DNA of 64,000 nucleotides from Bacteroidales bacterium. Lineage in GTDB: Bacteria > Bacteroidota > Bacteroidia > Bacteroidales > UBA7960. Both the position numbers and the translations under genes were made by a program. This document shows positions 37,742 to 46,979 of this stretch, one piece after another (the stretch's first letter is position 1; each line of letters starts with the position of its first letter). The notes beneath the pieces were generated by a model. It saw nothing but the letters and a program-made list of their open reading frames with translations. It did no database searches and had not been told where the DNA came from. The DNA lies in assembly GCA_003557385.1 (NCBI GenBank), contig PWON01000204.1, positions 6,853 through 70,852 of the forward strand. The letters are read 5' to 3'.

Positions 37742-39169
37742 TTAAAAATACAAGTCCCTTTTTCCGGATTTGATCTGTCCGATCTTTTCCTTGAGCTTGG
37801 CCACCTTTTGTTCCTGCCCAAGCTCTTTGATTTTGTCGTCAATTAGCCTGTAACCCGCTTTTTTGGTTTCCTCACCGCCATAATCCTCCAGATATTCAGC
37901 CAGTGTAAGCAATGCATTGGGTGTACAATACCTTTTGATAAAGCCCGGTACGGAAAATTCCATAAAGTGTTCGCCGGTGCGACCGAGCCGGTAACAGGCC
38001 GTACAGAAAGACGGGATGTATCCCGATTTGATCAGTTCGTCCATAATCTCGCCCAGTGACCTGTTGTCGTTGATCTGGAACTGGCCCTTGCTTAAATCCT
38101 GCTGATCATGCTTTCCTTTGGAGTAACCGCCCAACTCAAGGTTGGTACCACCATCAATTTGCGAAACCCCGAATCGCAGGATCTGATCACGGATATGAGA
38201 CGGTTCGCGGGCCGTAAGTATCATGCCTGTGTATGGGACCGCCAGGCGAAGAATCGATACCAGCCGCACGAATTCATCGTCTTTGACAAGCCGGCTTTTA
38301 TCAATGTCGAGCGACATGGCATTCTGTATCCTTGGGAAAGAGATTGTGTGCGGACCCACATTGTAAACCGCTTCGAAGTGGTTTACATGCCTCACGAGCC
38401 CCATCACTTCAAAACGCCAATCGTACAACCCGAATAAAGCGCCGATGCCCACATCATCGATACCTGCTTCCTGCGCCCTGTCGAGCGAAGTCAAACGCCA
38501 TTCATAATTTCTTTTGATGCCACCCAGATGAACCTTCTTATAAGTTGGTTCATGATATGTTTCCTGGAAAATCTGGAAAGTCCCGATGCCGGCATCCTTG
38601 ATGGTACGAAATCCCGGGATGTCAAAAGGCGCTGCATTGATGTTTACCCGCCTGATCTCCCCGTTCTTATGCTTAACACCATACACAATTTCAACGGTTT
38701 CGGCTATGAACCCGGCAGAATATTTTGGATGTTCACCATACACCAGGATCAGCCGCTTGTGACCCTGATCGATCAACGCCCTGGTTTCGGCGATCAATTC
38801 CTCACGGCTTAAGGTAATGCGCCTGACCCCTTTGTTGGAAGCACGAAAGCCACAATACTGGCAATTATTGGTACACAAATCACCCACATAAAGCGGAGCA
38901 AACAACACAATGCGTTCGCCATACACTTTTTCCTTGAGCATGCGTGCCCCTTCCTTGATCTCTTCGACCAGTCCGGGGTCTGTGGCATTGATCAGCACTG
39001 CCGTTTCCTCGAGCGAAAGGCGTTTTTTATCAAGCGAAGCCCCAATTACGTCCCGCACCCGTTGCTTATCTGCTTTTGTATTGTTTATAAAATTCCATAT
39101 CTCTCCTGAATCAATAAACGGAGCCATGCGTTTGTCTGCAATGCTGTATTTCTCAGGGTGGTAAATCAT
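37742..39169 (-). CDS. hydG: [FeFe]-hydrogenase H-cluster maturase, radical SAM protein HydG
   Basis: CTNNCQYCGF radical-SAM motif, ThiH-like core, and a C-terminal Cys motif (CTACYRLGRTGEHFMEF...YC) characteristic of HydG. Confidence 0.88.
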   Translation of the reverse strand: MIYHPEKYSIADKRMAPFIDSGEIWNFINNTKADKQRVRDVIGASLDKKRLSLEETAVLINATDPGLVEEIKEGARMLKEKVYGERIVLFAPLYVGDLCTNNCQYCGFRASNKGVRRITLSREELIAETRALIDQGHKRLILVYGEHPKYSAGFIAETVEIVYGVKHKNGEIRRVNINAAPFDIPGFRTIKDAGIGTFQIFQETYHEPTYKKVHLGGIKRNYEWRLTSLDRAQEAGIDDVGIGALFGLYDWRFEVMGLVRHVNHFEAVYNVGPHTISFPRIQNAMSLDIDKSRLVKDDEFVRLVSILRLAVPYTGMILTAREPSHIRDQILRFGVSQIDGGTNLELGGYSKGKHDQQDLSKGQFQINDNRSLGEIMDELIKSGYIPSFCTACYRLGRTGEHFMEFSVPGFIKRYCTPNALLTLAEYLEDYGGEETKKAGYRLIDDKIKELGQEQKVAKLKEKIGQIKSGKRDLYF

Positions 39170-39254
39170 TATAAAAACATTTGCTATTGCCCAAACAAAA
39201 TTAAGCAATATTCAGATAATAAAGTAATTTAAATGCCAGAATACCGGAAAAGAA

Positions 39255-39428
39255 TCACAGGCGAATTTTTAAGCCGTCATAAGCCAGAAGAACATGCTCA
39301 GGAAGATCCCGGCTAACCTCCTTGTGCGTACCAATAAAATGACTCATATGGGTGATATAGGCTTGCTTCGGGTTAACCTCTTTGATCACCTGCAACGCCT
39401 CTTCAAGTGAAAAATGAGAAATGTGTTT
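39255..39428 (-). pseudogene. In-frame 3' continuation of the MBL-fold hydrolase gene beyond an internal TAA
   Basis: The same frame reads KHISHFSLEEALQVIKEVNPKQAYITHMSHFIGTHKEVSRDLPEHVLLAYDGLKIRL*, which is the conserved C-terminus of PhnP-like MBL proteins. Confidence 0.7.
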
Positions 39429-40034
39429 TTATTTTCGGAGCGCATTGATAACCAACACATTGCTGCCTTTTATTTTTTCTTTTTCCTGTTCACTGATATG
39501 GCTGGCATCGGTAATATAGGAAAAATCACCCACCCTGAAACCAAACACCTGCATTTTGTGGTGCTCGACCTCTATGGGCGTAAACAACAAACCGTTAATG
39601 GAAAAAGGATTGTGGTTAATGATATGAAAATGCAATTGCGGGGCGCCGAAAAATCGTTTCTCTTTGAGAATATACGGAAACTCTTTGTTGATACTGTCTA
39701 TAACCGCATCGCTGGCATAAATGTCCACCGTTTTGTTCAATACATAATTGAATGCACGCACATCATCCAGGCCGGCAATATGATCGCGGTGCCCGTGGGT
39801 AAATAATATGGCACCGATGTCCTCTACCTTTTCCCTGATCATCTGGTAACGGAAATCAGGCCCGCAATCAATCACATAATGGGTTCCCTCTACCTCCAGC
39901 ATCACGGAAGTCCTCAGCCTGGAATCGCGCGAGTCATCACTGGTGCAAACACGGCAGTCGCAGGCAACCACGGGTACGCCCGTTGATGTACCGGTGCCGA
40001 GAAAAGTGATGGTCATTGGTTTGTTCAGAGGCAT
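39429..40034 (-). CDS. MBL-fold metallo-hydrolase (PhnP-like), truncated by an in-frame TAA at 39429..39431
   Basis: TFLGTGTSTGVP and HxHxDH (THGHRDH) motifs. The ORF stops about 58 codons before the expected end. Confidence 0.8.
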   Translation of the reverse strand: MPLNKPMTITFLGTGTSTGVPVVACDCRVCTSDDSRDSRLRTSVMLEVEGTHYVIDCGPDFRYQMIREKVEDIGAILFTHGHRDHIAGLDDVRAFNYVLNKTVDIYASDAVIDSINKEFPYILKEKRFFGAPQLHFHIINHNPFSINGLLFTPIEVEHHKMQVFGFRVGDFSYITDASHISEQEKEKIKGSNVLVINALRK

Positions 40035-40060
40035 AAGTAACGTATATCGTATAAATATGA

Positions 40061-40984
40061 TTAATAGATCAATTCTTCAACCTGCTCCCTGGCTTCTTCC
40101 ATGGCATTCCTGTTGGCCAGGCCATTATTTACGGGATCCCCGTCCCATACACGTTTATAAAAATACAGTGTGCCCAGCTGCACTTCAGGATCAAGATTAT
40201 CATAAAGCAAAATGCTCTCGATCCGGGGTCTGTGGCCGGCACAGTGGGTGACCAGGGTCATCGATTTCATCCAGGTTGCTCCCGACACCAGGTTGGTGGC
40301 ATATATGCCCGGAGGCGGTACAAGCTTTTCTTCGGTATCGGTGGTGCTGCCCACCACCACATGGCTGGATTCCATGCCCTCAGCCAGGGTCCCTATATAC
40401 AAAGTGCCTTTGATGATATACTGGTGGTCCAGGTATGCATTGGCGCGCTGAATATTGCCTTCCGACAAGGCCTTCCTGATCTTGGTGGAACTGACCGTTT
40501 CATTTTCTATCATCTGCAGGGGAATCTCTTCCACTCCAAATCCCATATCGCGGCTCAGGCGATGCAGATAGGAGTAGTCACCTTTCCTGGCATATCCAAA
40601 ATGATGGTTGTGGCCAACAACCACCACTCTGGCGCCCAGGTGCCCAATCAACATGTTGACGGCAAAATCCCGGGATGTCGTCTTCGAAAATTCCAGTGAA
40701 AAGGGGATGATGATCAGGTTTTCCAACCCAGCCTTTTGCAGCAGTTCGATCTTTTCCTCCTGTGAATTGATCATTTTCAGATTTTCCTGATCGGGATACA
40801 ATACCTTGCGGGGATGGGGATAAAAAGTGATGAGCGCAGACTCCCCGTCAATATCCCGGGCAATTTCATTTAACCTGTTAATAATCAGCTTATGTCCGAT
40901 ATGGACCCCATCAAAACTACCGGTGGTGACCACCGCCCTGCTGATTTTCCCTGCAGCCTCGGCTGTATGATAAAATACCCTCAT
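40061..40984 (-). CDS. ribF: Bifunctional riboflavin kinase / FMN adenylyltransferase
   Basis: GSFDGVHIGH nucleotidyltransferase motif and a C-terminal riboflavin kinase domain. 307 aa. Confidence 0.92.
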   Translation of the reverse strand: MRVFYHTAEAAGKISRAVVTTGSFDGVHIGHKLIINRLNEIARDIDGESALITFYPHPRKVLYPDQENLKMINSQEEKIELLQKAGLENLIIIPFSLEFSKTTSRDFAVNMLIGHLGARVVVVGHNHHFGYARKGDYSYLHRLSRDMGFGVEEIPLQMIENETVSSTKIRKALSEGNIQRANAYLDHQYIIKGTLYIGTLAEGMESSHVVVGSTTDTEEKLVPPPGIYATNLVSGATWMKSMTLVTHCAGHRPRIESILLYDNLDPEVQLGTLYFYKRVWDGDPVNNGLANRNAMEEAREQVEELIY

Positions 40985-41610
40985 TTGACCAGATATGCCA
41001 GTTTTTCCAGTGATGTTACAATATCGTATTCTTCCAGGTGTATGCCCTCCGGAACAGTCAGGGGTACCGATGTATAATTCAGTATCCCCCTGATCCCTGC
41101 ATCCAGTAGCATTTTTGCCACATCATGAGTAGCTTCCGGAGATACCGTCAACACGGCAATCTGAATGTTTTCCTTTTTAACAAACTCCTTGATTTGGCTG
41201 ATGTGGTGGCATGGGATGCCGGCCACAATGCGGCCGGTCTTCTGCAAGTCATTATCGAAAGCGGACACAATAGACAGTTTGTCTCTTTTTCCGGAAAAAT
41301 AGCTGGTAATGGCCCTGCCCAGATTACCCATCCCCACCAGGATGATGTCCTGGCCTTTCTCGCTGTCAATGATCTTTCCGATCAGCGCCACCAGGTCCTT
41401 GATCACATACCCCTTGCTCTGGCTTCCTGAGTAGCCGATAAGCATCAGATCCCTGCGAACCTGTACCGGTGTCAGATTCATCATTTTGGCCAGCTCATGT
41501 GAGTATATGTTCGTTTTGCCTTCATGGATGCTGTTGTATAAAATCCGCCTGTATTGACTCAGGCGCTCAATCGTTTTACCCGGTAATTCTAAATAGGTAT
41601 TTTTTGCCAT
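40981..41610 (-). CDS. rex: Redox-sensing transcriptional repressor Rex
   Basis: Winged-helix N-terminus (IERLSQYRRIL...VQVRRDL) and a Rossmann NADH-binding motif, GMGNLG. Confidence 0.9.
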   Translation of the reverse strand: MAKNTYLELPGKTIERLSQYRRILYNSIHEGKTNIYSHELAKMMNLTPVQVRRDLMLIGYSGSQSKGYVIKDLVALIGKIIDSEKGQDIILVGMGNLGRAITSYFSGKRDKLSIVSAFDNDLQKTGRIVAGIPCHHISQIKEFVKKENIQIAVLTVSPEATHDVAKMLLDAGIRGILNYTSVPLTVPEGIHLEEYDIVTSLEKLAYLVK

Positions 41611-41631
41611 GGGATCAATAATTTATTTGGA

Positions 41632-42759
41632 TTAATCTTCGAGTTTGAATATTATGGTAAAGCAACTTCCCTGATCCGGTGTACTTTCCACTTCAATATT
41701 TGCCTGATACAGGTCTAGCAGCTTTTTAACGATCGACAAGCCCAGCCCGCTGCCGCTGATATGCCTGGTATGTTCACTTTTTATCCGGACAAAATCTTCA
41801 AACAGTTTTTTGGTATCCTCCGGTTTCATCCCGATGCCGGTATCTTCGACGCTCAGCATCAATAGCCCGTTTTCCTTGCGAATGTTCACATCTACCCTTC
41901 CACCCTGTTTGTTGTATTTTATTGCATTGGATACCAGGTTATTCAGTATGATCTCCATCTCCTGGCTGTCGGCCTGCAGGGCGATTTTTTCACTGCAATT
42001 CAGATAAACATCCACGTCTTTCTGAATAGCCAGCGGCTGAAAAGAGTCTATGCATTGCTGGGCAATCTCGCACAGGTGGATCATTTCCAGCTTGCGTTTT
42101 TTCTTGCCGCTTTCAATGCGTGTAAAATCGAGCATGTCCATAATCAGGTTCCGCATTCCCTGTATCCTGTGTAAAGAACGGTCAATGATCTCCCTGTAAT
42201 CGTCCATTTGGTCGCCGAACTTTTTTTTCTGCATCATTTCAAGGTACCCCTCCACGGCATTGATCGGTGCCTTGAGTTCGTGCGACAGCACCGACAAAAA
42301 CTGAAAACGCACCTGACGTCCCTCCACATTCATTTTTTGCGTCATGCGCTGCAGAAAACGCTGTTTTGTAATGGTCTCGATGGATGCACGCAATTCTTTT
42401 GGGGTAAATGGTTTGGGAACAAAATCGTAGGCTCCCTGGCGGGTGGCTTTCACGGCCAGTTCAAGGGATGCATATGAGGTGATCATGACCACCACAAGGT
42501 CCATGTTCTGCTGGTTGATGTATTCCAGCACATCTATCCCTTGTATTCCCGGAAGTTTGTTGTCGAGCAACACAATATCCATGGGTTTTTTCTTGAGGAT
42601 ATCCAGGGCTTCTTCGCCACTTTCAGCGGTTTCTACAATAAACCCGATATCCTCGTCCATAAACGGATAGCTCACAGTATAATTCTCCAGGATCCGGGAA
42701 ACGCCGCTGCGGATACCAGGTTCATCATCAACCACCAGGAGGTTTAAAGTTTCCATCAC
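41632..42759 (-). CDS. Hybrid receiver (REC) - HisKA - HATPase_c sensor kinase, cytoplasmic
   Basis: N-terminal REC (LLVVDDEPGIRSG...VLLDNKLPG), H-box SHELKAPIN, N-box NLVSNAIKYN, G-boxes EDTGIGM and GSGLGLSIV. No TM segments. Confidence 0.85.
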   Translation of the reverse strand: MMETLNLLVVDDEPGIRSGVSRILENYTVSYPFMDEDIGFIVETAESGEEALDILKKKPMDIVLLDNKLPGIQGIDVLEYINQQNMDLVVVMITSYASLELAVKATRQGAYDFVPKPFTPKELRASIETITKQRFLQRMTQKMNVEGRQVRFQFLSVLSHELKAPINAVEGYLEMMQKKKFGDQMDDYREIIDRSLHRIQGMRNLIMDMLDFTRIESGKKKRKLEMIHLCEIAQQCIDSFQPLAIQKDVDVYLNCSEKIALQADSQEMEIILNNLVSNAIKYNKQGGRVDVNIRKENGLLMLSVEDTGIGMKPEDTKKLFEDFVRIKSEHTRHISGSGLGLSIVKKLLDLYQANIEVESTPDQGSCFTIIFKLED

Positions 42760-42760
42760 A

Positions 42761-43159
42761 TCAGAGTTTTAGCAATTTATTGATCTCCTTGTGCAACTGG
42801 TCCATCCGGATACCTTTGTCCAGGAATAGATCTGCCTTCACCCAGTCCTGTTCTTCTTCTGTGGTCACATCGAAAAGCATGCCTGTTTCGGCCGTTACGG
42901 CAGAAACGATGATGATGGGCAGATCAGGATACATGCTTTTGATCTTGTGGCAAAGGATGAAGCCAGTGTCCTGGTTTTCCATCATCAGGTCAAGGATGGC
43001 CAGGTCGGGGCGCATGCGCTGGATAATGTCTTCGGCCTCTTTTTGTGTTCCCGCCGATATTGCCTCAAATCCCATATCCTTTACCCCATGCCTGAGTTGA
43101 AACAGATAATCGGCATCATCGTCAACGATCAGAATGGTCTTTTTCTCTTTTTTTAGCAT
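42761..43159 (-). CDS. Stand-alone response-regulator receiver protein
   Basis: ILIVDDDADYL...DLAILDLMM. About 132 aa with no output domain. Confidence 0.85.
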   Translation of the reverse strand: MLKKEKKTILIVDDDADYLFQLRHGVKDMGFEAISAGTQKEAEDIIQRMRPDLAILDLMMENQDTGFILCHKIKSMYPDLPIIIVSAVTAETGMLFDVTTEEEQDWVKADLFLDKGIRMDQLHKEINKLLKL

Positions 43160-43169
43160 AATTATTTTT

Positions 43170-45218
43170 TTAGCGGATAAGCGCCTCATCCGGTGTTTTT
43201 TTTTGCTGTTCTTCCGACTTTCGGGGCAAACTCACAAAAAATGTAGATCCGGTAGGGCCTTTGGCCTGATTATTATTGGATTCTACCCTGACATTGCCCC
43301 GGTGCATCTTGATGATGCCATAGATAATGGGCAGCCCGAGCCCTGTTCCCTGACCTGTTTCCTTGGTGGTAAAGAAAGGTTCAAACATCCTCTCTATATT
43401 CTCCTTGGAAATACCCGTACCGGTATCTGCAATACGGAATTCCAGTGTTTTACTTCTCTCTTTGTCATCAACTGCCACAATAAGCTTGCCTCCCTTTGGC
43501 ATTGCATCCACGGCATTTTTAAACAAGTTGGCAAACACCTGTACCATCTGGTCATGGTCACATTCAAACATGGGGTTCTGGGTGTTGATCCGGATGTCCA
43601 GGTCAATATTTTCTGGCAACACGATCGCCTTTAGCCCATTATTGATCAAATGCTTAACGTTTACCCTGTCAATGGTCAGCTTACTCTTCCGGGCAAAGTT
43701 TAGCAGTCCGCCTACAATCTTTTTACACCGGTCGGCCTGTTCAACGATCATTTTCAGATCGCGGTACAGGGGTGAAGAAGGATCCATGTCATCCAGCAAA
43801 ATATGGCTGTACATGATCACCACCCCCAGGGGGTTATTCACCTCATGGGCGATCCCGGCGGCCAATTGACCCATGGAGGCAAGTTTTTCACTTTGCTTCA
43901 GCGCAGCCTGCGTGGAGGCCAGCTTCTTGTTTGACACGTCCAGTTCCGTGATGTATTCATGCAGTTTATCTATGGTATAGGGCAGGCACATTTCCGATTC
44001 GGCAAGGCCCTGCAGGATGGCTACGGCATGTTCATAGCAGGTGTCGTAACCGCAAGCCCCGCAGTTGAGTTCGTCTTCCGCTTCTTTTTTTCCAAACCTT
44101 TGCAAAACTTCACGGATCTCCTCTTCCCTGGGAAGGCCTGGAAAGCGCTGGTCATCAGCTTCAAAACTGCGGTCGAGTTTTAATTGCAGGAAAGTATTCA
44201 GATCTTTCTGCCATTGCTCCAAATCAATCAGGTCGTAACGCCTTTGGGCAAAATTGGAGATGTTCTTTCGCTTGTAAAAAAACTTGTGTTTGTTGCTCAT
44301 GCCCGGCCCGTTGATGCATCCGTTGCAACAAAGCAGGTCAAACATTTTGGCTTCAAGGTAGCCCTCTTCAAATTCACGCAGTACTTCGATGATGTCGTGC
44401 CGGCCCTCAGCCACCACGATGTCGCCCTTCACAAAATCTTCTTCCAGGTCAACTGTTTGCAACATGCCCCCACTGATAGGGAAAATGGCACCTTTGCCGG
44501 CAACCGGGGGATCAAACTCATGGGGCTGTACCTTATTTTCATCCAGGTCCTTTTCGGCAAACATCCGGCGCAGTTCAACAAAAGAGATGACTTCATCAAT
44601 CAATCCCCTGAACTGATCTTCGGCTGCTTCCACCTTTTTGGCGATACAGGGTCCGATAAAAACAATTTTTATTCCATCGCCGTATTTTTCCTTCAATACT
44701 TTGGCCGTAGCAATCATGGGCGAAACTACCGGCATCAGCGAATCAATGATCTGTGGGTGGTGCTTCTCCACATAACTCACAATAGCCGGGCAGGATGTGG
44801 AGATCAATGGACGCTTGGGGCCTGATTCCAGCAATTCCTTGTATTTATTCGCGATGAGTTCGGCTCCGAAGGCCACTTCATTGACATAGTCAAAGCCCAG
44901 GGCCTTGATCATACCCACAAAATGCCGGTAATCCTTGATATCTGTGAATTCGCCCGCAATACTGGGCGCCACAATGGCAGCCACTTTATCCTGGCTGTTA
45001 AGTAGAACCTTTACCTTATCGATAGAGAAAGCGAACATTTTTGCATCCCGGCTGCACACCCGGATGCAGTTGCCACAGGCAATGCACCTGCTGGGTATGA
45101 TCTCAGCCTGGCCGTTCATGATCCGGATGGCCTTGGCAGGACATTCACGCACACAGGTATAACAAACCTTGCACCGGTCTTTCACGGTATAAATGATCTC
45201 TTTATTCTTTTCCGACAT
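43170..45218 (-). CDS. Sensory [FeFe]-hydrogenase-like domain fused to a histidine kinase
   Basis: 2x[4Fe-4S] ferredoxin motifs (CKVCYTCVRECP, CIACGNCIRVC). H-domain motifs TSCPAIV, GPCIAKKVE, CCNGCINGPG. Then Cx2Cx4Cx16C (CGACGYDTC...C), HisKA (AHEVNNPLG) and HATPase_c (DTGTGI, GTGLGLPI). Confidence 0.85.
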   Translation of the reverse strand: MSEKNKEIIYTVKDRCKVCYTCVRECPAKAIRIMNGQAEIIPSRCIACGNCIRVCSRDAKMFAFSIDKVKVLLNSQDKVAAIVAPSIAGEFTDIKDYRHFVGMIKALGFDYVNEVAFGAELIANKYKELLESGPKRPLISTSCPAIVSYVEKHHPQIIDSLMPVVSPMIATAKVLKEKYGDGIKIVFIGPCIAKKVEAAEDQFRGLIDEVISFVELRRMFAEKDLDENKVQPHEFDPPVAGKGAIFPISGGMLQTVDLEEDFVKGDIVVAEGRHDIIEVLREFEEGYLEAKMFDLLCCNGCINGPGMSNKHKFFYKRKNISNFAQRRYDLIDLEQWQKDLNTFLQLKLDRSFEADDQRFPGLPREEEIREVLQRFGKKEAEDELNCGACGYDTCYEHAVAILQGLAESEMCLPYTIDKLHEYITELDVSNKKLASTQAALKQSEKLASMGQLAAGIAHEVNNPLGVVIMYSHILLDDMDPSSPLYRDLKMIVEQADRCKKIVGGLLNFARKSKLTIDRVNVKHLINNGLKAIVLPENIDLDIRINTQNPMFECDHDQMVQVFANLFKNAVDAMPKGGKLIVAVDDKERSKTLEFRIADTGTGISKENIERMFEPFFTTKETGQGTGLGLPIIYGIIKMHRGNVRVESNNNQAKGPTGSTFFVSLPRKSEEQQKKTPDEALIR

Positions 45219-45228
45219 AATCCAAACC

Positions 45229-46950
45229 TTATTTTTTATTGAATTGCCTGCCCAACCAATCCAGGGCTGTGGGGTGATCAGGCAACAGCCGTTTGCCCTT
45301 ATACAGGGATTTGATGGCGGGATTCTCTCCCGGATGTTTAATTGGGTTGGCTTTCCCCATTTCCACGCATATTCTCTTACGCGATCTCACATGCTCAAAC
45401 CCCCGGCTGACAGGTTGTCCTCCACCACCTGCACAGCCATCCAAACAGGCCATCACTTCAATATAATGGATATCCTCCCTTTGTTCGTCCTCCAGGTGTC
45501 TTATGTAATCTTCCGCTTCGGCAATGCTGCTTACCCAGGCAAACCCGATCTCCTTTCCGCCAATGGGCACTTTTATTTCGCGCCGCCCCGACAGATTCTT
45601 GGGCAGGTTGAATTTAAATTGCTCTTTTTTCGGATCGGCCATTATCCGGAACAATTCACGGGCAACCGCTTCGGCCTTGCCGCCCGAATAACCGGCTTGC
45701 CATCCGGCTGATGAACCGGTATCAAAAGGCCTGTCGGGCTGTTCCTCTTCCATTTCGGCAATATCCAGGCCAAACCCTCTCATGAGCTGGAAAAATTCCC
45801 GGACTGTCAACACAGCATCCACATCCGATACCCCTTTGTGGGTGTTTTCTTCCAGGGAGGCTTCGTATTTTTCAGCCACACAGGGCATCACCGCCACCAA
45901 AAAGATCGATTCCGGGTCCATTCCCTCCTGAACTGCATAGCTGGTTTTGACCAAAGTACCCAGGATTTGTTGCGGAGACTTAACTTCTGACAGGTGCACA
46001 AGATTGCCGGGACGGAACGATTGCACATATTTTACCCACGATGGGCAACAGGACGACATCAAAGGAAGGGCGCCACCACCCCTTTCTGCAAGCCTGTCAG
46101 AGAGTATGCGGGCTTCCTCAAGCACATTTACATCGTGGGCGGTACCCAGGTCAAACACCCTGAACGCCCCACATCTTTTCAGGGCCGCGACAATACGGTC
46201 CCTGGCTTTTACTTTCGATTTAAACCCCAGTGTATCCGTTACCGAAGCGACCACAGCAGGACTGATGAAAAATATGACCTGTTTTTTGTCTTTACTCAGT
46301 GCCGCCTGTACTTTTTCCACATGCGAAATGTCCAGCAGGGCAGCCGTAGGGCAAACCTGTATACACTGTCCGCAATGAATGCAACTTGATTCGTTGAGCC
46401 CTTTGTTAAAAGCACTGTTCACCCTGGTCTGATTGCCGCGTGAAATAAAATCAATGGCAGTAACCCGCTGCACCTCCTCACAAATGCGGACACAACGGCT
46501 GCACAGTACGCATTTTGCAGGGTCACGGGCCACACTGGTACTGGAATAATCAGGATACCAGGTATTCTTTTTTCCAAAAAACCTTCGCTCCTTCACATTC
46601 ATTTCTTCGGCCAACCATTGAAGCTCACAGTGTCCGTTGCGCTGGCAATACAGGCAGTCGTCCGGATGATTCGACAATAAGAGTTCCACCAGTGATTTGC
46701 GGGCCTTTATCACACGTGGTGAATTGGTCCTGACCCGCATGCCCTCCTCCACAGGATGGGAACAGGATGTGATCAGGTCGCGCTTGCCAAGGACCTCCAC
46801 AACACACAAACGGCAGGCACCTGTTGGTGAAAAACGGTTCATGTGACAGAGCGTGGGAATCCGGAAGGCATTTCTACGTAAGGCAGACAACAATGTCTCC
46901 CCTTCCTCTACAAGGATTTGTTTATTGTTTATTTCGATCTGGAATTCCAT
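45229..46950 (-). CDS. hydA: [FeFe]-hydrogenase catalytic subunit HydA (multimeric, NADH/ferredoxin-linked type)
   Basis: N-terminal 2Fe-2S and His-ligated 4Fe-4S (HPDDCLYCQRNGHC), and 2x[4Fe-4S]. Canonical H-cluster motifs SSCCPSW, MPCVAEKYE, EVMACLDGCAGGGGQP. Confidence 0.92.
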   Translation of the reverse strand: MEFQIEINNKQILVEEGETLLSALRRNAFRIPTLCHMNRFSPTGACRLCVVEVLGKRDLITSCSHPVEEGMRVRTNSPRVIKARKSLVELLLSNHPDDCLYCQRNGHCELQWLAEEMNVKERRFFGKKNTWYPDYSSTSVARDPAKCVLCSRCVRICEEVQRVTAIDFISRGNQTRVNSAFNKGLNESSCIHCGQCIQVCPTAALLDISHVEKVQAALSKDKKQVIFFISPAVVASVTDTLGFKSKVKARDRIVAALKRCGAFRVFDLGTAHDVNVLEEARILSDRLAERGGGALPLMSSCCPSWVKYVQSFRPGNLVHLSEVKSPQQILGTLVKTSYAVQEGMDPESIFLVAVMPCVAEKYEASLEENTHKGVSDVDAVLTVREFFQLMRGFGLDIAEMEEEQPDRPFDTGSSAGWQAGYSGGKAEAVARELFRIMADPKKEQFKFNLPKNLSGRREIKVPIGGKEIGFAWVSSIAEAEDYIRHLEDEQREDIHYIEVMACLDGCAGGGGQPVSRGFEHVRSRKRICVEMGKANPIKHPGENPAIKSLYKGKRLLPDHPTALDWLGRQFNKK

Positions 46951-46979
46951 AACAACAAAAAATTGCGCGATGACAGGCG

